Assembly: GCA_965248195.1 (NCBI GenBank)
Contig: CBDFIQ010000002.1
Coordinates: forward strand, 704,001 to 768,000
Length of the DNA: 64,000 nucleotides
Direction: 5' to 3'
Source of the DNA: Longimicrobiales bacterium
GTDB lineage: Bacteria; Gemmatimonadota; Gemmatimonadetes; Longimicrobiales; Gaopeijiaceae
Both the position numbers and the translations under genes were made by a program. Within the stretch, counting starts at the first letter, position 1. The number at the start of each line of letters is the position of its first letter. The notes under the pieces were generated by a model. That model was not told where the DNA came from. It saw only the letters and a list, made by a program, of their open reading frames with translations, and searched no databases. This document shows positions 7,991 to 18,024 of the stretch, piece after piece.

Positions 7991-10393
7991 TTAGACGTGA
8001 AGGTCGAGGGGGCCGTACGCAGGTTCGCGGCCCTCAATTTCTGCAAGTAGGACGTCCGGCGTCAGCGGTGTCCGGCACAGGCACTCACCTTCCAGAGCAT
8101 CGGAAATGGCCGAGGTAAGAGCCGCTGAACCGGCCCCCACACAAGGTTCTCCGATCCCTTTCGCGCCGACCGGACTCTGCGGATCCGGGAGCTCCACCGC
8201 CGCCCACTGCACGTCGATGGGGACATCGAGCATTCCCGGCGGTCGAGCCGTGTAGAGGCGTTTCGCGAACGACACGCCCCAGACCGGGTCGAAGACCCAC
8301 TTCTGGCTCATTGCCATCCCCATTCCCTGGAAGGAGCCACCGAAGATCTGACCCCCGAGACCCCTCGGATGGACCACGACACCGCAGTCCGTGACCGCCG
8401 TGAAATGAATGACGTCGACCTTGCCGGTCTCGACGTCCAGCTCCACCTCGGCGAAGCCGACCACCCACGATTGGAGTCCTCCCTCGCCGCCAAAGTTGTC
8501 CCTCGCCGCCGCCACGAGGCCCTGGCCGGCCAACGCCGTAACGGACGCCTTGGTCATGTCGTTGAGGTCTTCGTCGAACTCTTCGCCGCTGTACCGTCCG
8601 CCCAGTTCAATCGCCCGTGTCGCAGCACGCGCCAAGGTCATTCCCTGTGACGGATTGGAGCGGCGATAGACGCGTCCGTCGGACGTTTCATAGTCCTCGG
8701 GCCGGCCACCGAGATCCCTCGCGGCGATCTCCTGGAGCTTCTGCTTGGCGTCCAACCCGGCCGCGTGGTTCGCCCTCGTATGGGCATGGATCGATTGGCT
8801 GCCGGCCTGGACGGAACTCCAAGGCAAGTGGCGACTCGTGTCGCCGAAGACGACCTCGACGTCATCCCATTCGACGCCCAGAACGTCTGCCGCCGCACGA
8901 GCGGTGTCGAAGTTCGAGTTCGTGCCCAGGTTTCCGAGGCCCTGTTGGATCTGGACTATGCCGTCGGGCCGGATCACCAGAAGACCGTCGAACCCGCGGC
9001 TTCCCGCCGTGTACGGGCTCACTCCGACGCCGATACCGGTCCTTTTCGTGCCGTTCAGTTGTCCACTGCGGGCGATTCTCTGGTCCCATTGGAAGAGTTC
9101 GCGCCCCTTATCGATCGCTTCCTTGACGAAAACACTGGTGAGCGTAGCTCCACGTGGTCCGTATTCAACGTCGGCGTTCGGTGAGTTGAGCCGGCGAAGC
9201 GCGAGACGATCGACACCGAGCTCTCTCGCCGCCTTGTCCATCAGCGGCTCGAGCATCCCGATGATCTGAGCGCCGCCCGGGCCTCGCTGGGCCGCCTTGG
9301 GCGGTGTGTTCGTACGCACGCCCAGGCCGCGGTATCGCATGTTGAGCGGCGTATACGTGAGGGAAGCGGCATTAGCCGCCGAGTTCTGGTCGCCCCGGGC
9401 GTACGGCCCCGCATCTCCCAAGGCGAACATGTCGAGTGCGGTGATGCGACCGTCGGCCCGGAAGCCAATCCTGAAGCGAGCCTGTATGCCGGGCCGAGCA
9501 CGCCCGAGGTAGCTTTCCTCGGCGCGGTGGATCCGGAGCATGACCGGACGGTTGATCTTCCGGGAGAACAGCGCCGGCACCAGCTGGATGATACTGCCGG
9601 TGATCTTGCTCCCGAATCCGCCGCCGCAGTACTCGCCGATCAAGACCACATCTTCGATGTCCAGGTCGAGCTGGCCGGCGACCGCTTGGCGGGTCCGTAC
9701 CAGGCTCTGCGTCGACGTGTGCAGGAAGAGCCTCCCGTTCTGCCAGTACGCCATCGCAGAGCGGGGCTCCATCGGGTGATGCGAGACCGACTGGTGAACG
9801 ACGGTCTCGTCGAGGATCAGATCCGCCGCGGCGAAGCCGGCCTCGATGTCCCCGACCATCCATTCCGTGTCCGACTTCCCCTCACCGTCGGGCATCGGCA
9901 TGCTGCCCTCCGGGGCGTTGGCGAAATCTTCCTCCGTCCACTTGATCTCGGCCCAATCTCGCCCAATTAGTGTGTTGCCTTCGGGTCGCGCGTTCGGGCT
10001 GCCGGGCCGCACGCCGTCCAACGGGTTCAGCACGAAGGGTAGCGGCTCGAAGTCGACCACGACCCGCTCGATGGCATCCGCTGCGGTGGTCTCGTCGACC
10101 GCCGCTATGGCGAGAACGGACTCACCCTCGTAGAGCGGGTGGTTCGTGAGGCACTGCTCGCCAAATTCGGACTGAGGCACATCATCGGCCGTGAGGATGC
10201 CCACCACACCGTCCATGGCGAGGGCCGCGCTGGCGTCGATACGCACGACGCGGCAATGGGGCATCGGGCTCGCCAACAACTTGGCGAACACCATGCCGTC
10301 CGCCCTGAAGTCCTCCGCGTACTTCGCTCGTCCCGTAATCTTCGCGTGCAGATCGTCAGGGGCGATATCTTGTCCGATCAGTTTTTCAGCCAT
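7991..10393 (-). CDS. Xanthine dehydrogenase family molybdopterin-binding subunit (PaoC/YagR-like)
   Basis: KITGRAKYAED, GGGFGSK, AQRGPG, GAKGIGEP (catalytic Glu); 800 aa. Confidence 0.93.
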   Translation of the reverse strand: MAEKLIGQDIAPDDLHAKITGRAKYAEDFRADGMVFAKLLASPMPHCRVVRIDASAALAMDGVVGILTADDVPQSEFGEQCLTNHPLYEGESVLAIAAVDETTAADAIERVVVDFEPLPFVLNPLDGVRPGSPNARPEGNTLIGRDWAEIKWTEEDFANAPEGSMPMPDGEGKSDTEWMVGDIEAGFAAADLILDETVVHQSVSHHPMEPRSAMAYWQNGRLFLHTSTQSLVRTRQAVAGQLDLDIEDVVLIGEYCGGGFGSKITGSIIQLVPALFSRKINRPVMLRIHRAEESYLGRARPGIQARFRIGFRADGRITALDMFALGDAGPYARGDQNSAANAASLTYTPLNMRYRGLGVRTNTPPKAAQRGPGGAQIIGMLEPLMDKAARELGVDRLALRRLNSPNADVEYGPRGATLTSVFVKEAIDKGRELFQWDQRIARSGQLNGTKRTGIGVGVSPYTAGSRGFDGLLVIRPDGIVQIQQGLGNLGTNSNFDTARAAADVLGVEWDDVEVVFGDTSRHLPWSSVQAGSQSIHAHTRANHAAGLDAKQKLQEIAARDLGGRPEDYETSDGRVYRRSNPSQGMTLARAATRAIELGGRYSGEEFDEDLNDMTKASVTALAGQGLVAAARDNFGGEGGLQSWVVGFAEVELDVETGKVDVIHFTAVTDCGVVVHPRGLGGQIFGGSFQGMGMAMSQKWVFDPVWGVSFAKRLYTARPPGMLDVPIDVQWAAVELPDPQSPVGAKGIGEPCVGAGSAALTSAISDALEGECLCRTPLTPDVLLAEIEGREPAYGPLDLHV

Positions 10394-10405
10394 GATCGCC
10401 CCCCC

Positions 10406-11041
10406 TTATGCTTGCTGCCGCGAGTACTCGGCGGCACGCATGGCGGAAGTCAGAATTTTGTTGTAGTCGGCGCACCGGCACAGGTTGCCGGAAAGCGCTT
10501 GAGCGGCTTCTTCACGAGTCGGGTTCGGGTTGGCCTCGACCATCGCCACCATGCTCATGATGAAGCCGGGGGCACAGAAGGCGCACTGGAAGCCGCCTTC
10601 GTCGAGGACCGCCTGCTGGACCGGATGCAGCGTGCCGTCCGGCTCCTCGAGGCCCTCGATGGTCGTGATATCTTTTCCACGAACGGTGTGCGTGAGCACT
10701 GAGCAGGAATAGCTGTTCACGCCGTCGATGAGTACGGTGCATGCACCACACTCCGCACGGTCACAGCCGAGCTTGGTGCCGGTGAGCCCCAGCTTATAAC
10801 GTAGCGTGAAGGCCAGCGTCTCTTGCTTCATCACGTCCACACGCCGCTGCTGGCCGTTGACGTTCAGTGTCATGAGCCGCTCGACCGACCCCTGAACCGC
10901 AAGAGCCCCGAGCAGGGGCTGTGGCCCTTTGAAGAGATAGCCCACCGAAGAGGTCGTGGCACCCGCCGCGATGACCCCCATGATGAACTTTCTTCGGGTA
11001 ACCGTACGCTCCGGACTGCCGATGATCTCGACGTCGCTCAT
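10406..11041 (-). CDS. (2Fe-2S)-binding subunit with twin-arginine signal (PaoA/YagT-like)
   Basis: TRRKFI Tat motif; GCDRAECGACT, QCAFC and NLCRC cluster motifs; AAGGAGG upstream. Confidence 0.93.
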   Translation of the reverse strand: MSDVEIIGSPERTVTRRKFIMGVIAAGATTSSVGYLFKGPQPLLGALAVQGSVERLMTLNVNGQQRRVDVMKQETLAFTLRYKLGLTGTKLGCDRAECGACTVLIDGVNSYSCSVLTHTVRGKDITTIEGLEEPDGTLHPVQQAVLDEGGFQCAFCAPGFIMSMVAMVEANPNPTREEAAQALSGNLCRCADYNKILTSAMRAAEYSRQQA

Positions 11042-11203
11042 GGAGCCTTACCTCCTTCAGATATCATTACGGGAAGAACCTGACAGGCGGCCCTATCCGC
11101 CCAGCGAACCATAATAAGCGACGACGTGCCAGAAGGCGAGCCCGACCGACAATGACTCTCCGGGCTCGCCCGTGCGTGAACTCCGGGCGAGCTTGTTCTC
11201 CTA

Positions 11204-11245
11204 CAAACAGTGGCGTGGCTCCGTCAAACAGTGGCGTGGCTCCGT
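11204..11245. repeat. 21-bp perfect tandem duplication
   Basis: CAAACAGTGGCGTGGCTCCGT x2. Confidence 0.9.
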
Positions 11246-11319
11246 GCAACCTCTGGACCACGGCGGGGGTCCAACAGTAGACTGACGGGTTGGTGGGCGC
11301 CTCACGGATACTGAACGAT

Positions 11320-11688
11320 ATGCTTTCTTGGTTGTCGGCCGTAACCCTGGCCTTCATAATCGGAGTCGTCTCGATGCGTGCGTGGTGGATCGAGCGAAAA
11401 AAGCGCCTCATCGCCGAGCGCCGGGTCGTCGAACGCCCGAACTCCTTTTACGCGTCGAAAGCAGTTCACAACCAAGAGGACGAAGAGTGGTGGCGCCGGA
11501 TCGAGCTCGAGCGTCTCCACGAACTGAATCGGGAATACGTGGAGCGCCTCCTACGCCAGATCGACGGCGTCGGCGTCGGCACCCTTACAACGGACGAACG
11601 CGCGTTCATGGAGCGCATGGCCAAGCTCGATGCACCGCCGCGTCCGGGCGTCCGGCCGCCGACCGACCCTTGGCCCAGCCCCGCTTGA
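11320..11688 (+). CDS. Single-pass membrane protein with DUF6576-like C-terminal helical motif
   Basis: N-terminal TM helix; VERLLRQIDGVGVGTLTTDERAFM resembles the small domain found C-terminal to some rhomboids. Confidence 0.65.
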   Translation: MLSWLSAVTLAFIIGVVSMRAWWIERKKRLIAERRVVERPNSFYASKAVHNQEDEEWWRRIELERLHELNREYVERLLRQIDGVGVGTLTTDERAFMERMAKLDAPPRPGVRPPTDPWPSPA

Positions 11689-11736
11689 TCGACTCGGCTG
11701 CTGACTGATCGACTCAGGTCCTACAACAGGGGAGCC

Positions 11737-12273
11737 CTACCAGCCTGCCTCGTCCGGTGGAGCCGGCGGGACGTCCTTGAGCGCGGTTTCCTCGTTGAAG
11801 AGCTTGAAGCCCCGAGCCCGGTAGTTCTCAATCGCCCGGGGGCTATCGAGCGAACACGTGTGAAGCCAGACGCGCCGTGCGCCTGTGCGAAACGCCCGCT
11901 CGACCGTATCGGACAGGAGAAGCCCGCCGATCCCCTTTCCCATGAATTGGCGGAGCAATCCAAAGTAGGCGATCTCCACGGATCCTTCAGGCTGGCGCTC
12001 GATCTCGACGTAACCAGCGATCACTCCGTCCAGATAGGCGATCCATAACTCGACCCCCGGCCGTTCGAGGTGAGCCAACCATTTCGAATACGGCCAGCTC
12101 AGCCGGTCGGTCCAGCGCCAAGCCCGTCCGACCGCCTTGTAGAGGAATCGCCCCAGCTCCGGAGAAGCGATTCTGGCTTCCCGGATCTCGAGATCCGGCA
12201 TTTTTCGTCCAGACGTCTTGAGCCCCTCCACACTGCGAAGCTCCAGGTAATATGTGGTGACTTCCGTTTCCAC
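11737..12273 (-). CDS. GNAT family N-acetyltransferase
   Basis: EIAYFGL..QFMGKGIGG acetyl-CoA motif, VWLHTCSLD, NYRARGF; start GTG 12273 (METEVTTYYLEL). Confidence 0.88.
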   Translation of the reverse strand: METEVTTYYLELRSVEGLKTSGRKMPDLEIREARIASPELGRFLYKAVGRAWRWTDRLSWPYSKWLAHLERPGVELWIAYLDGVIAGYVEIERQPEGSVEIAYFGLLRQFMGKGIGGLLLSDTVERAFRTGARRVWLHTCSLDSPRAIENYRARGFKLFNEETALKDVPPAPPDEAGW

Positions 12274-12503
12274 GGGTCTCGCTGCCGGTCCGCATAATCG
12301 TAGAATCCTGATCGAACTCCGCCGCAACGGTGCTCGATAGGGAAGGCGCCGTCAACCGAAAGCTCCATCAGGAGGGGTCTCTTGTTGGGGGGCTCGTCAG
12401 GGAGCAGTATTCGAGCGCGAGACAAAACCTCGGCGATGTATGAGCGGATGATGGACAGCACCCCAGTTCTTCGACAGCCTTCTAGCGCTCCAGCTCATAG
12501 GAC

Positions 12504-13451
12504 TTGCATCACTTGAAGTTCGGAAGACCACCCTCCTGGGCCCCCCCGGTGTTCGTAGTCGGCCTCTATTGGGGCCTTCTCGCCACCCTCGCCGGTGAGA
12601 TCACCAACGGTCACCTGATGTATGGTGGCGCGATTCTCCTGCTCAGTCAGATCAAGCAGCCGTTCCTGCCTTTGGGAGTCCGGCCTCTGGACTTCGTTCT
12701 GCCGTTTCTCCTCACCGGCATCCTCTACGACAGCCAGCGGTATTGGGGCGAAGCCGTGCGCGGTGTTCCGCACATCGCCGAGCTTTATTCGCTTGAAAAG
12801 CGGTTGTTCGGGGTCCCCTCGCCGAATGGCACGCTGACGCTGAACGAGTGGTTCGGTGAGCATCTGCACCCTGTGTTGGACTTCATCGCGGGGGGGGCCT
12901 ATCTGACGTTCATAGGCGTCTTTGTCCTTCTGGCGGCATACTTCACGCGCCGAATCTACTTCGACGCCGGCTCCGAGTCGACGCCTTCCCAGAGGGAGTG
13001 GTCGGCGCGCGCGCCCGCGTGGTCCTTCCTCGTGGTAAACGTTCTCGGGTTCGCGACCTGGTTTCTCTACCCGGCTGCCCCTCCTTGGTACGTGGATCTG
13101 TACGGGCTGGACACCATTCTACTAGACGTACCCATGGACCCGGCTCGGACACTCCGTTTCGACGCATTGTTCGGCACCAGCTTCTTCACAGGGATGTACG
13201 GTGCGGGGTCCAACCCGTTCGGTGCCATTCCCTCCCTCCACATCTCCTACCCCATCTTGTCCGTCGTTTTCGCGATGAGACTCAAAAGGCTCCGCGTATT
13301 CACGATCGTGTTCTCGAGCCTGGTCGGATTCGCGGCGGTCTACCTCAACCATCACTACTTGATCGACGTACTCCTGGGTGTCTTTTTTGGGTTGGTAGCC
13401 GCGGCGATCACCATCGTGGGGATGGGTCGGCTGGGTGGAGGTTTCAGATGA
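12504..13451 (+). CDS. PAP2-superfamily membrane phosphotransferase, inositol phosphorylceramide synthase (Aur1/Ipt1)-like
   Basis: YPAAPPWY, NPFGAIPSLH, YLNHHYLIDV motifs; multiple TM helices; start uncertain. Confidence 0.82.
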   Translation: MHHLKFGRPPSWAPPVFVVGLYWGLLATLAGEITNGHLMYGGAILLLSQIKQPFLPLGVRPLDFVLPFLLTGILYDSQRYWGEAVRGVPHIAELYSLEKRLFGVPSPNGTLTLNEWFGEHLHPVLDFIAGGAYLTFIGVFVLLAAYFTRRIYFDAGSESTPSQREWSARAPAWSFLVVNVLGFATWFLYPAAPPWYVDLYGLDTILLDVPMDPARTLRFDALFGTSFFTGMYGAGSNPFGAIPSLHISYPILSVVFAMRLKRLRVFTIVFSSLVGFAAVYLNHHYLIDVLLGVFFGLVAAAITIVGMGRLGGGFR

Positions 13452-13556
13452 ATTCCCGGAGCGGCCGGTTACCTCGCCAAGGACCAGAGTTTGCCATAAA
13501 CCGGTCCGGGAGACAGATTCGGCTTTACAAATCGTTGCCTCCCCCCGGGTGACCCC

Positions 13557-14833
13557 ATGGCTGAACCGGATCTTCAGGGCCAGCTTCAAGCAGAGTTAGA
13601 CCCGGAGTTCCAGATCGTCCGCTTGCTGGGCGAGGGCTCCGTGGCACAGGTATACCTGGCTCGGGAGCGGGCGCTCCAGCGTCTGGTCGCCGTCAAGTTC
13701 ATGAAGTCGCCGTATGCTCAGGATGACACCGTGCGGAAACGTTTCGAACGGGAGGCTCGATCCGCCGCGAAGATCCACCATCACAACGTCGTGACCGTGC
13801 ATCGGGTGGGCTCCCTCGAGGATCAAACGCCATTCATCATCATGGAGTACATCGAGGGGCGGAACCTCGCGGATGAGCTCCAGGCAGAGGGGGTCATGAC
13901 GACTGAGCAGGCCTGTCATACCCTGAGCCAAGTGGCCTCGGCGCTGGTGGCCGCCCACGAGAAGGGAATCGTCCACCGGGACGTAAAGCCCGCCAACGTC
14001 GTGCGAGAGAAGGATTCGGACCGCGTGGTGCTCACAGATTTCGGAATTGCCGGGATCTTGGAGACGGGCACCGAGACCATCACCCGTCTCACGAAATATG
14101 GGGAGTTACTCGGCGATCCGCGGTACATGAGTCCCGAACAGTTGCTCGGTGAATCCGTCACGGATCAATCGGATGTGTACAGCCTGGGCATTTGGGCTAC
14201 GAGCTTCTCACGCTCAAGGCTCCATACGAAGGGAAAACCAGCGTCCAAATGGTCGCGGCACACCTGAAGAAAGAACCGATTCCGTTGACCGAGCTCCGGC
14301 CTGACGCAGATCCCTTTCTCGCGGAACTTTTGGAGCGGTGTCTTTCCAAGAATCCTCTGCATCGGCCGAGGGCGTCCGAAGTCGCCAAGGTCTTGGAGCA
14401 GGTTACGGAGGAGCCCCAGGCCTCGGGGCAGGGCACGGAGTCGGACTCGTTCGCCAGCCAGTCGTTTTCGGACACGGTACAAAACATTCCCGTCCTCGCA
14501 GCTTTTATCGGGGAGCTCAAGCGCCGGCATGTGTTCAACGTGGCAGTATTCTATGTGTTGGTCACTGCGGGTCTTTTGCAGTTTGCAGACCCTGTTCTGG
14601 ATTCATTGCCCCTCCCCGATAATTCGATGCAGATCCTGGTGGCCGTCACGCTGGGAGGGTTCCCGGTGATTCTCGTTCTTTCGTGGATGTTCGACGTCAG
14701 CTCCAAGGGAATCCAACGAACCGAGTCGGATGTCACGGGAGCCGCTCGCATCAAGCTTCGCATACTGCAGGTATTGGGATTGGTTCTCAGCCTCATGATG
14801 TTCGGGCTGGTCGCCTCGTGGATTCTGACGTAG
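13557..14833 (+). pseudogene. Ser/Thr protein kinase with C-terminal TM module, frameshifted at about 14191
   Basis: LGEGSVAQV, VAVK, HRDVKPAN, DFG, YMSPE in one frame; DVYSLGI continues as LGYELLT in another frame (GGCATTTGGGC lacks one base). Confidence 0.85.
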
Positions 14834-15179
14834 CATCACCGGTCTTCGTCGCCGGTAGCGGACATCGGGGAGGCCGGACCGTGGCGCAGCCCGAGTCCCA
14901 GCACTATCACGAACGCCAGGAACCCGAGCTCGTCCACGGGCAGAGCCGACACCCGCCGTGGATCCAGAAGCTCCGCTGCGATGCCGCGCCCTCTCCGGTG
15001 CTCGGATGGTCGCTGTCAAATACCACCCGCCCACCAGCAGACAGAACCCGCCTGCGCCTGCCAGGACGAGAGCGAGGGGGGAATGAGCGCGCCCCTGGGT
15101 GCGAGGGTGGGTATCGGTCTTCGAGGGTACTACTTTAGCGGTCATCGTCGGACGGGAAAACCATCCGGAGCGAGGAACC

Positions 15180-15386
15180 ATGAACAAGAAACTCGAAATA
15201 TCAGGAATGACCTGCGGGCACTGCGTGAGCCATGTGAAGTCTGCCTTGGAGGGGATAGGGGGTGTGTCCGGAGCGGACGTCTCGCTGGAGAACCACGGCG
15301 CGGAGGTCACGCTGTCGGGCGAAGTGATGGATGCGGATCTGATCGCGGCGGTCGAGGCGGCCGGGTACGGGGCGGAGGTCCGCTAG
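15180..15386 (+). CDS. Heavy-metal-associated domain protein (CopZ-like metal chaperone)
   Basis: GMTCGHC motif, AVEAAGY end, 68 aa, GAGG upstream of ATG 15180. Confidence 0.9.
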   Translation: MNKKLEISGMTCGHCVSHVKSALEGIGGVSGADVSLENHGAEVTLSGEVMDADLIAAVEAAGYGAEVR

Positions 15387-15407
15387 TGTCCGGATTCTAA
15401 ACGCCGC

Positions 15408-15830
15408 ATGACGGTCATCACCCGTACGATCGAGCGCCGTACGGAAGGCGACGACCATATTTTGGACTTGACGGCGGAGCTGCAGATCCTGGTGGGGGAG
15501 AGCGGGATCGGCCTGGGACAGCTCACGGCCATGGTGGTCGGATCGACCGCGGCGCTCACAACGCTGGAGTTCGAGCCGGGCCTCGTGGGGCACGACATAG
15601 CGGCGGCCCTCGAGCGCATCGCTCCCCAGGGCGGGAATTACGAACACGAGAAGATGTGGCATGACGACAATGGGCATAGCCATGTTCGTGCGAGCCTGAT
15701 CGGCCCCTCGCTCGCTCTCCCGATCGTGGATGGCGCCCTCCCATTGGGGACCTGGCAGCAGGTGGTCCTCGTGGATCTCGACACCCGCCCCCGCACCCGC
15801 CGGGTGGTGGTCAACCTCGTAGGGGAATGA
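15408..15830 (+). CDS. yjbQ: YjbQ/UPF0047 family protein
   Basis: GSTAALTTLE, NGHSHVRASLIGPS, LGTWQQVVLVD. Confidence 0.88.
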   Translation: MTVITRTIERRTEGDDHILDLTAELQILVGESGIGLGQLTAMVVGSTAALTTLEFEPGLVGHDIAAALERIAPQGGNYEHEKMWHDDNGHSHVRASLIGPSLALPIVDGALPLGTWQQVVLVDLDTRPRTRRVVVNLVGE

Positions 15831-15991
15831 GCCCTTCTAAATCTTCTTGAGGATCCAACTCAGGACCAACCGAGCGATCCTTCGAATAATCGTCATCATG
15901 TAGGTGGGCGCCTCCCGGGCGAATCTTGGTGTTCACGTTCCAACCCATACGAGAGAGTTACGAAAAGGGTTTCCAACGGATCAGCAAACCA

Positions 15992-16759
15992 TCAGCGACC
16001 CTGCGTCGCGCAGAAGAAGCCCTCCGAGCCCGGACCCCGGGCTCCACTCGACCAGTTCCCGCTGAACGACTCCGCCGTGATTTCGACCACGGTCAGGACG
16101 GCGTAGCCTCCGTCGAAGCGCACGACGTCCCGGCGGTTCGCGTCCGATCCGAGCCGGAGTAGGATGCTCGGACTCGTGCCCGTCTCGCTCTCGATGACCA
16201 ACACGCCCGGGGACGCGGGGTCCTGGCTCGAAAGGCTGCCCACCCGCACCGCACCGACGGCCTCAACGTTCACGTCCGTGCTTCCGAAGAGGGGAGAGGT
16301 CACGCCGGGAATCGAGCCTCCTGCGCTTCCTTCGAATTGACGGAAAGACTCCACCTGAGTGAGGAGTACGAGGGACCCCTGGACCCTGCGCGTCGGGGTG
16401 CCGTCGACCTCCTCGACCATCGTCAGGCGGTAATCACCCACGCGGCCCTCCAGGGAGCCATCGGTCGCCAACACCCCCTCGGGCCGGACACATTCAGGTG
16501 CTGGAGCGCCACCTCCCTCACCGGCTTGCCCGACTCGTGTCGCTGCGTCCCCCGTGCCAGCGACTTGGCTCGGGTCAGCCCTGCCCGTCGCCCCTTCCGC
16601 TGCGGACTCTGCGGCCGGCGGCGGCCGATCGCCATCGGCCGGCGAGCACGCGGCGAACATCAGGAGGGCGATCATCCATCTCGCTACGCCGCCACGCCAC
16701 CGGACAACCCCCCCCGGGCTCACGCAGCCCCCATCAGTCTCGATGGCATGGTACGTCAT
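15992..16759 (-). CDS. Hypothetical lipoprotein
   Basis: FAAC lipobox-like motif; overlaps the upstream gene stop by 4 nt; true start may lie downstream (MIALLMFAAC). Confidence 0.65.
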   Translation of the reverse strand: MTYHAIETDGGCVSPGGVVRWRGGVARWMIALLMFAACSPADGDRPPPAAESAAEGATGRADPSQVAGTGDAATRVGQAGEGGGAPAPECVRPEGVLATDGSLEGRVGDYRLTMVEEVDGTPTRRVQGSLVLLTQVESFRQFEGSAGGSIPGVTSPLFGSTDVNVEAVGAVRVGSLSSQDPASPGVLVIESETGTSPSILLRLGSDANRRDVVRFDGGYAVLTVVEITAESFSGNWSSGARGPGSEGFFCATQGR

Positions 16760-18024
16760 CGCCAGAAAATCGTTCTGATCACGTTACCGGAGCGGTCCAC
16801 CACCTGGATTGGGCCCCGGTACGTATCGTACTCGAGATTGATGACTCTGCGCCCAGCGGCGATCAGGCGGGCCGGGGCCGAAAAGGTCTCGGTGAACGGA
16901 TCGGCTCCTGAACTGTCCACGCTGTATCCGAGGTCGGCCAGAGACTCTGTCGTGATCGCACTCAGGGGATTGGTGACTCCGGGCGTGAGCTCGGGGGTCA
17001 TCAGTTCGAGCCTGAGGACACGCTCTCGCCAGTGCACGTCGGAGGAGCCGACCGCGGCCCCATTCGCGACAGGAACCTTTGCGCCTCCCGTGTACGCCGT
17101 GCCTCCGGCCGCGTCGAACGCGGCGATGGCGGCCGCCCCGGCAAAGTGGGTGTCGGCGCTGGAGTTGGCCGGGAGCGAAGGGTTGACCAGAAGGGTTTCG
17201 AAGTTTTCCCACAAGGTTCCGATGCCCAGGACGTGCCCCATCTCGTGGAGGATTACGTCCACGAGATCACCATCCTCTTCCAATCGAGTCACGTCGGCAG
17301 CATCGAGTCGCATGAACCCGAGCACCGGCAACTGAGATGTCGTTCGAATCTGGCAGGGTCCGGCTTGTCCGAGTGTCCCGAAGGGTCCGTCTATCGGCGT
17401 GACATCGACGTAGACTCGGAGGTCATCGATCGTGCCGGAAACCGCTGGTTGACCCCGGATACACATGTTAGCGGGAACGGGGTTGGACGAGAAATCGACG
17501 TCGTTGAGTTCGCCCTGCAGGATATTCATCCATCGGTCGGCGGCACCGAGAAAAGTCGCGTCCTGGCTCGGTGTTCCGTGGGTGATGAAAACGAGCTCGA
17601 TATCGAAATCCGTTGCGACTGCCGAAAAGGCGGCTTCGGCTCCAGAGTTCGTCACTGCGGAAACCGTCACCTCCTGCGGCCCCTCCTGATTCCCTACGGT
17701 CCATGTGGATGACGCCATCCCCTGCCCGTTCGTCTTCACCGCCGTCGCGCTCAACGAGCCTCCCCCCTGCACCACGCTGAAGAGCAAGTCCACGTTCGCC
17801 ACCGTAATTCCGAGGGCGTCGGACGTCCGCACCACGAGGTCCTGTGGTAAGGTCTCCCCGAGCCTGGCGGATTGCCCATCGCCGGAGACGATGGTTACGT
17901 CGATGAGATCGGCCGGATCCGTCCCTCCGTCACCACAGCTCACAAGGGTAAAAGACAATGCAAGGCTTAGGAGAAGCTGCTTGGAGTGGGGGTACAGCGG
18001 CACTGGTCTAGTCCTTCCGATCAT
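16756..18024 (-). CDS. Leishmanolysin-related (M8-like) zinc metallopeptidase lipoprotein with Ig-like domain
   Basis: LVSC lipobox; IVSGDGQS Ig-like region; HEMGHVLGIG, HWRE, ELMT motifs. Confidence 0.87.
   Translation of the reverse strand: MIGRTRPVPLYPHSKQLLLSLALSFTLVSCGDGGTDPADLIDVTIVSGDGQSARLGETLPQDLVVRTSDALGITVANVDLLFSVVQGGGSLSATAVKTNGQGMASSTWTVGNQEGPQEVTVSAVTNSGAEAAFSAVATDFDIELVFITHGTPSQDATFLGAADRWMNILQGELNDVDFSSNPVPANMCIRGQPAVSGTIDDLRVYVDVTPIDGPFGTLGQAGPCQIRTTSQLPVLGFMRLDAADVTRLEEDGDLVDVILHEMGHVLGIGTLWENFETLLVNPSLPANSSADTHFAGAAAIAAFDAAGGTAYTGGAKVPVANGAAVGSSDVHWRERVLRLELMTPELTPGVTNPLSAITTESLADLGYSVDSSGADPFTETFSAPARLIAAGRRVINLEYDTYRGPIQVVDRSGNVIRTIFWR

Noticed and set aside
7991..10393. 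Aerobic CO dehydrogenase (CoxL)
   Set aside because: Active-site loop is AQRGPG, not AYxCSFR; Tat signal and FAD-subunit Cys insert fit the PaoABC-like group
14836..15100. Possible small or frameshifted minus-strand membrane protein between the kinase and the HMA gene
   Set aside because: Hydrophobic patches fall in different frames with no recognisable motif or RBS; cannot be supported
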